A stretch of 64,000 bases of DNA from the NCBI GenBank assembly GCA_964602655.1, contig CAZRSF010000027.1, positions 3,830-67,829 on the forward strand. Direction: 5' to 3'. Source of the DNA: an uncultured Candidatus Moduliflexus sp. (GTDB lineage Bacteria; Moduliflexota; Moduliflexia; Moduliflexales; Moduliflexaceae). Positions 59,275 to 64,000 of the stretch are shown here, in pieces (position 1 is the first letter of the stretch; each line of letters begins with the position of its first letter). A model generated the notes under the pieces. The model made no database searches. It had not been told where the DNA came from and saw nothing but the letters and a program-made list of their open reading frames with translations. The translations under genes were made by a program, and so were the position numbers.

Positions 59275-60795
59275 TCAACCCCATCGTAATTTTTCGATCT
59301 GCGGAATCGCCGCGTCAGCGGCCAGCACGCCGCGTTCAATCAACGCGGGTACGCGATGAAAATCCCGCCAGGAAATGCCCATCATGTCCGGCAGAATAAA
59401 CACATCCGGAGCGACGCGCTGCGCTAATTCGGGAGCGTCCGGCGAATCAATCAGCCGTTCCATCAAGCTGTCGAACGTCGCGGAGACTAAAGCGTAATTT
59501 TGATACATGGCCTTTTGTTCGGCTGTCTGGCGACTGTTGATGTTCTGCCGGACATACGCCTGGCTTTTCGCCGGAGTCGGCGTCACCATGACCGCAATCG
59601 TAATATTCGCGCCCATCTGTTTCAGCGGATAGACCGGCGTGGGATAAATGACCGAGCCGTCAATCAAATGATGCTCGCTGTGCTTAAACGGCACGAACAA
59701 TCCTGGAATCAACATACTGGCTTTCACGGCGTCAATGACGCGCCCTTCTTTGAACACCACACTCGTGCCTGTGCGGGCGTCTATCGCTACGACATGCAGC
59801 GGAATGCTCAAATCGTCGAAATAGGTATTGCCCAATAATACTGCGCACAACTCCTGCAAGCCGGCATCAACAAAAAATTCTTTGTGAAAAAGGCGGCGAA
59901 TACTGTACTTCGACAGCGGACGGCAGGATTGCGCCCAGTCCGTGATATGCTGCTTGATCCGCTCCAGTTCCATGCCTGCGGCATACGCTCCGCCAATCAA
60001 TGCGCCGAAACTCGCGCCCGTCATCATGTCGAATGCGATGCGATTCCGCTCTAATACTTCGAGGATGCCCACCTGCGACAGTCCCAAGGCCGCGCCGCCG
60101 GTTAACGCCATGCCGAAACGTTTCTCGCCGATGTCCCTGGCCAATCGGCTGATTGTCTGGCTGAGTTGCCGGTACGGCAATTGAATGATATATGGCACGC
60201 CGCTCTGGCGAAATGCCTCGATGGTCAGCGCATCATGGGGCAATGCGTATTCTTTGCCGTAGCCCGCCGCGTATTTTGGCTCTTTCGCGGCTTGTTCGCC
60301 ATTGCTGATAATGACGCGGTAATTCCGATGTCCGATAATGCTGATCGGCACGTCATAGTCGAACGATGAGGCGATGACTAAAAACATCTCGGTCGCGTCT
60401 ATGATTTCATCCGTGATAAACGGAAAATACGCCGAAATATCGAACAGAATATAGGCATACCGCTCACGCAGCAGCACCAGCAGAATATCAATCACATTTT
60501 GCGCTAATTCCGGATGGCGAAAAATTGCGGCATCAAGCGACAGCAGCGAGAGTTGCGAACTGTGATGCTGGATATGCTGCTCGAACATCTCTGCGGTGAA
60601 TGGTTCGATGCTTACGGCATTGGCCGAGGGAAATTTCAGCATTTCCCAGGCCGGAGTCCCCTCTTGCGCATCATTTACGTCAATCAGGATCACGGATTTT
60701 TGCGTTTCATTCAAGAGACTGACGCCGAGATTGATCCCGATCAGGGTTTTCCCAAGATGCCGTTCTGCGCTGTAAATTGTGAGGACTGAACTCAT
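59275..60795 (-). CDS. Degenerate ParA/MinD-like and patatin-like phospholipase fusion (paralogue of the downstream gene, lacking the cNMP domain)
   Basis: MSSVLTIYSAERHLGKTLIGINLGVSL deviant P-loop. GGAALGLSQVGIL and GASFGA patatin motifs. 506 aa. Confidence 0.8.
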   Translation of the reverse strand: MSSVLTIYSAERHLGKTLIGINLGVSLLNETQKSVILIDVNDAQEGTPAWEMLKFPSANAVSIEPFTAEMFEQHIQHHSSQLSLLSLDAAIFRHPELAQNVIDILLVLLRERYAYILFDISAYFPFITDEIIDATEMFLVIASSFDYDVPISIIGHRNYRVIISNGEQAAKEPKYAAGYGKEYALPHDALTIEAFRQSGVPYIIQLPYRQLSQTISRLARDIGEKRFGMALTGGAALGLSQVGILEVLERNRIAFDMMTGASFGALIGGAYAAGMELERIKQHITDWAQSCRPLSKYSIRRLFHKEFFVDAGLQELCAVLLGNTYFDDLSIPLHVVAIDARTGTSVVFKEGRVIDAVKASMLIPGLFVPFKHSEHHLIDGSVIYPTPVYPLKQMGANITIAVMVTPTPAKSQAYVRQNINSRQTAEQKAMYQNYALVSATFDSLMERLIDSPDAPELAQRVAPDVFILPDMMGISWRDFHRVPALIERGVLAADAAIPQIEKLRWG

Positions 60796-60875
60796 AGGCG
60801 TATCATCAAGGAACGCGATGTTTTTTCTTTGCGTCTTCGTGGAGGAAGAACATTATCTCACAATGTAGTACATAA

Positions 60876-60980
60876 GGAGTGCAAAAGCGACCTGAGCGAA
60901 GCGACGTTGAGCTTTTGCAACCACTCCTGCCCTCAATCCGCAAAAGCTCAACCCGCTTTGCGGAGTCGCTTTCGCACTCC
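60876..60980. repeat. Two adjacent family B hairpins (GGAGTGCAAAAGCGAC...GCTTTTGCAACCACTCC and GCAAAAGCTCAACCCGCTTTGCGGAGTCGCTTTCGCACTCC)
   Basis: Lie upstream of the patatin gene pair in the 60796-61263 intergenic region. Confidence 0.6.
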
Positions 60981-61263
60981 TATCATTCCTAATCATATAC
61001 ATTCTCCCGGATTCCCGTCAAGTAGAAATTCGGCGCGTTGGAAAAATCTCCTGAGAAAACAGCGCGTTTCAGCACGTCTCAGGCGAATGTCGCCTGAAAA
61101 ATTCAGGCGTGGACAGAAACAATTTTTCAGAAATCATTTTCTTGCTCAAAAAACTCTTGATCAGAAATAAAGATTGTGAGTACAATGACGCTTCAGCGAG
61201 AAAAAGGTTTTCTGCAACGGCGACAATTTTTTCAATAACGCGGAGATAGAGGGAAGAACGGCG

Positions 61264-64000
61264 ATGAGATTACGAAGATCAGGGATGATAACAGGTCTGT
61301 GTCTGCTGATGGCAATGGCCTCAACGGCATCAGCAAAGACAGAAGAAGAGTATCAAGAAGAAATCCGCACGCTGCAAAAGCGCAACATGCAGTTAGAAAA
61401 TACATTAGAAGAGGGAAGTCAGGAGTTGAAGCGCTTTGCAGAACAGGTCAACGTCCTTCGAGAGCAAGTGTCTCAAATGACAGCATCTGGAGGAAGTGAC
61501 TCAAAAGAAGTGAAAGAGATGCGCGAAGCGATAAAACAATTAAAGGCGCAGGTACAAACGCTTCTTGCGCAACAAGGCGGCGCGGATGCCGAAAAAAAAG
61601 TTCAGGCGCTTGAAAAACAATTGAATACGGCGTTACAGCAAACGCAAGAACTTCAGCAGAAATTAAAAACGGCGGAAAAAGACAAGGCCAAATTGCAGCA
61701 AGACGCGGCGAAGAGCAGCGTATCAAAAGAGGCCGACGCGCAGGCCAAAAAATTACAGCAGAATCTTGAACTTTTGCAAAGCCAGATGAAATCTCAGCAG
61801 CAAGAATTTTCGTCCCAGCAGCAACGGTTGCAGGAAGAATTACAAAAGGTACAGACGGAGTACGAACTTCAAAAGAATCAGTATAAAGCAAATTTGGCAA
61901 TATTGCAGGAAAAAGAGGACGAACTCCAGGCGCTTCGTCAGGAGAGCAACAAGCAAACGGCAGCCGACCCGCGCGTCGCGGAATTGGACGCGATGTTAGC
62001 GGAAATGAACAACAAGCTTGTCAAAATTTCTCAGGAAAAAACCGCGCTGGAAACGCAGTTGAAAGAGTCTATCGCTTCGCAAACGGCGACAACGGACATG
62101 ACGGCAAAAGAGCAACTGAAATCAGCAGAACTTGCCAAAGAAGTCGCCCGGCTGCAAGGGTTATTAGAGGTTGCGGAGCAGCAGACGAAACATCGCCAAA
62201 CGACGGCGCAGCAAGAAAATAGCAGAATCGCGGAGTTAGAGCAACAATTGGCCGAGATGACCAGCAATGCGAGTCAATTGACCGAAAAAAACGCCATGAT
62301 GCTGGCGCAGATGGAGGAACAAGCGTCTGCGCAAAAACTGTATATGGCGCAAATCGAAAAAGAACGGGGGCGGGCTGATGGCTACGCCCAGGAAGTCACC
62401 AGGCTGCAAAGTCTGGTAGATGCTGCCGAGCAGCAGGCGACACAGCAGAAAAATACCGCGTTGAAGGGGGACAGCCGTTCGAAAGAATTAGAGACCAGTC
62501 TTGCGCAAATGAATGACAAACTGCTCAAACTCTCCCAGGAAAAAGCCGCAATCGAAACGCAATTGACAGAACAAATCACGTCGGCGAAATTACAGGCAGA
62601 ATTGTTGGCGCAAGAACGGCAGAACGCGGAGGATTTTAAGCGAAAAGCGAGCCAGCTTGAAGCCACATTAGAAACGACGCAGTTGCAGATACGTCAGCAG
62701 AACGCCTCGACCAAAGAGGGAGATGCGCGAGTGACCGAATTGGAAGCCATGCTGTCCGAATTGAACAGCCGCTTGCTTAAAATGTCGCAGCAAAAAGCCG
62801 ATCTTGAAACTCGACTGGCAGACCAGAGCGCGGCGGAAAATCAAAAAACGCAACAGATATATGCGTTAGAACAACAAATCGCCAAGCTGCAAGGATCGTT
62901 GGATGCGTCGAAACAGCAGGCAACCCAGGAGCAGCAGACGACGCAGCAAATCAATCGGCAGATCAATGACCTGGAAACGCAATTAGCGGAAGCGAACGCA
63001 AAAGTATTGGAGCTTTCGAACAATAATATTCGACTTGAAGCGCAATTAGGAGAGAAACAAGGCTCGGAAAATTTGAAGGTTCAGGAATTGACCAAAGAGA
63101 TCGCTCGCCTGCAAGGATTGCTGGATTCTTCGCAGCAAAAAGCCGCGCAACAGGAGATGAGCACGCAGCAGATAGACGCCCGAATCAGCGAGTTGGAAAC
63201 ACAATTGGCGCAAGCCAACATTAGAGCGACGGAAGTTTCCGCTGAAAATGCGCGTTTGGAATCGCTGCTGACGGAGCGGAAATCGCTTCAGCAGGATGAT
63301 GTCACCAAAACGCAGACGGAAATATCCCGATTGAAGGGTGAACTTCGCAAAGCTGCCGAGTATGTCAATACCAGAAACGCGGAAATGCTCGCTATGAAAG
63401 AGGAAAACAGGCTGTTGACCGCAAAAATTACGCGCTACGAAGAGAATCAGACGTCGTTGCAAACGAAGTTGGCAAGCCATTCGACCGATCTTGAGGAACA
63501 ATCGCTGACCGTTCAACAGTTGCAAGCCAGATTCGCCGAGACTCAGGCGAAACTCGAACAGAACGAACAGGAGATGGCGTCGCTGATCAATGAGCGGAAC
63601 AGCTTGAAAAATGATGTCGAGACTATCAAACAGCAGAACGCCGCGCTTCAGGTGGAACTTGCCAATCAAGAACAGCAGATCACGCGTCAGACCTCTGTCC
63701 CGGAAGATGCCAAGAAACGGATACAGGAATTGGTCTTAGAACTTCAAGACGCCAAAGTCAAGCTCGATAAGCTGGGACGCCTGGAAACGGAGTATCCGGC
63801 AGCGCAAAAAGAATTAGCGGATTTGAAAATCGAACTCGCGTCTTTGCGCGATGCGCATGGCGAAGTGGCGACCTTGCGCCCTGAATTGCAGGATTTGAAA
63901 CAGAATCTCGAACAATCGCGCCGGGAAGCGGAGATGGCGACCGCGCAGAGTGAAAAATTGCAGCAGGAACTTGCCCGAAAAGCGGAGACGTATCAGATGC
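61264..64000 (+). CDS. Secreted giant coiled-coil protein with ~80-aa tandem repeats (5' partial; continues beyond the window)
   Basis: Uninterrupted reading frame from ATG 61264 to the window end, checked by hand. It is absent from the ORF track, which presumably requires a stop codon. N-terminal signal peptide MRLRRSGMITGLCLLMAMASTASA. Highly Q/E/K/L-rich heptad sequence. GAGGGAAG RBS. Confidence 0.7.
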   Translation, partial: MRLRRSGMITGLCLLMAMASTASAKTEEEYQEEIRTLQKRNMQLENTLEEGSQELKRFAEQVNVLREQVSQMTASGGSDSKEVKEMREAIKQLKAQVQTLLAQQGGADAEKKVQALEKQLNTALQQTQELQQKLKTAEKDKAKLQQDAAKSSVSKEADAQAKKLQQNLELLQSQMKSQQQEFSSQQQRLQEELQKVQTEYELQKNQYKANLAILQEKEDELQALRQESNKQTAADPRVAELDAMLAEMNNKLVKISQEKTALETQLKESIASQTATTDMTAKEQLKSAELAKEVARLQGLLEVAEQQTKHRQTTAQQENSRIAELEQQLAEMTSNASQLTEKNAMMLAQMEEQASAQKLYMAQIEKERGRADGYAQEVTRLQSLVDAAEQQATQQKNTALKGDSRSKELETSLAQMNDKLLKLSQEKAAIETQLTEQITSAKLQAELLAQERQNAEDFKRKASQLEATLETTQLQIRQQNASTKEGDARVTELEAMLSELNSRLLKMSQQKADLETRLADQSAAENQKTQQIYALEQQIAKLQGSLDASKQQATQEQQTTQQINRQINDLETQLAEANAKVLELSNNNIRLEAQLGEKQGSENLKVQELTKEIARLQGLLDSSQQKAAQQEMSTQQIDARISELETQLAQANIRATEVSAENARLESLLTERKSLQQDDVTKTQTEISRLKGELRKAAEYVNTRNAEMLAMKEENRLLTAKITRYEENQTSLQTKLASHSTDLEEQSLTVQQLQARFAETQAKLEQNEQEMASLINERNSLKNDVETIKQQNAALQVELANQEQQITRQTSVPEDAKKRIQELVLELQDAKVKLDKLGRLETEYPAAQKELADLKIELASLRDAHGEVATLRPELQDLKQNLEQSRREAEMATAQSEKLQQELARKAETYQM
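62146..63350 (+). repeat. Degenerate ~240-bp tandem repeats inside the coiled-coil protein gene
   Basis: Recurrent blocks xxARLQGLLxxAEQQ...ELExQLAxxN...LSQEKAAxETQL. Matching DNA (GTCGCCCGGCTGCAAGG, GTCACCAGGCTGCAAAG, ATCGCCAAGCTGCAAGG, ATCGCTCGCCTGCAAGG) occurs at 62146, 62395, 62878 and 63104. Confidence 0.6.

Noticed and set aside
61448-63669. Several 60-200-aa minus-strand ORFs (61448..61900, 62031..62267, 62382..62666, 62668..62853, 62841..63023, 63046..63669)
   Set aside because: They are antisense to the long plus-strand coiled-coil gene. Their low-complexity S/C/L-rich translations are shadows of its GAA/CAG/AAA-rich codons.
1-64000. CRISPR arrays, tRNA/rRNA genes, transposases and integrases
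   Set aside because: No regularly spaced direct repeats with unique spacers were seen. The repeated palindromes are dispersed singletons rather than arrays. No cloverleaf-like conserved tRNA sequences and no transposase or integrase motifs were recognised.

Overview
This 64 kb window looks like a chromosomal segment of a Gram-negative-type bacterium with about 55% GC. Strong AAGGAG-type ribosome binding sites are used, and the taxon cannot be fixed from sequence alone. From 5' to 3' it contains: (1) A minus-strand exopolysaccharide/O-antigen-like cluster: a fused hexapeptide acetyltransferase-GT4 gene, an asparagine synthase (AsnB), a GT4 glycosyltransferase and a Wzy-like polymerase/ligase. 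It is interrupted by a lower-GC insert carrying a secreted protein and a small-protein/HNH nuclease pair. (2) A hybrid PAS histidine kinase and a sigma-54-dependent NtrC-type regulator, immediately upstream of a complete L-rhamnose locus (ABC transporter genes, rhaA, a class II aldolase). That locus is preceded by a good sigma-54 -24/-12 promoter match. (3) Housekeeping and accessory genes: an EEP-family (endonuclease/exonuclease/phosphatase) protein, GlgX, a Tat-secreted dienelactone hydrolase, an anSME-like radical SAM/SPASM enzyme with a SEC-C tail, thrC, a bioC-bioG-bioF-bioB block, gpsA, an aldo/keto reductase (AKR), an ankyrin protein, purA, and a 1409-aa double activase-ATPase/2-hydroxyacyl-CoA dehydratase-like fusion. 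(4) A compact low-GC five-gene minus-strand operon (44010-46429): a stand-alone cNMP-binding protein, a PD-(D/E)xK-like 377-aa protein, a DUF2281-like antitoxin, a PIN toxin and a translationally coupled 41-aa membrane peptide. This is the best candidate for an undescribed (defence-like) system. (5) DUF1015, a class V aminotransferase, a YiiX-like hydrolase, a SWIM protein, hutI-like, MltD-like and ftsH genes. (6) Two tandem paralogous genes, each encoding a degenerate ParA/MinD-like domain fused to a patatin phospholipase domain (one with an N-terminal cNMP-binding domain), followed by a secreted giant coiled-coil protein with about 240-bp tandem repeats that runs off the window. Throughout, intergenic regions are seeded with short palindromic REP/MITE-like elements of at least three families. 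Two copies sit in-frame inside bioG, and several create spurious N-terminal ORF extensions. No rRNA, tRNA or CRISPR was seen.
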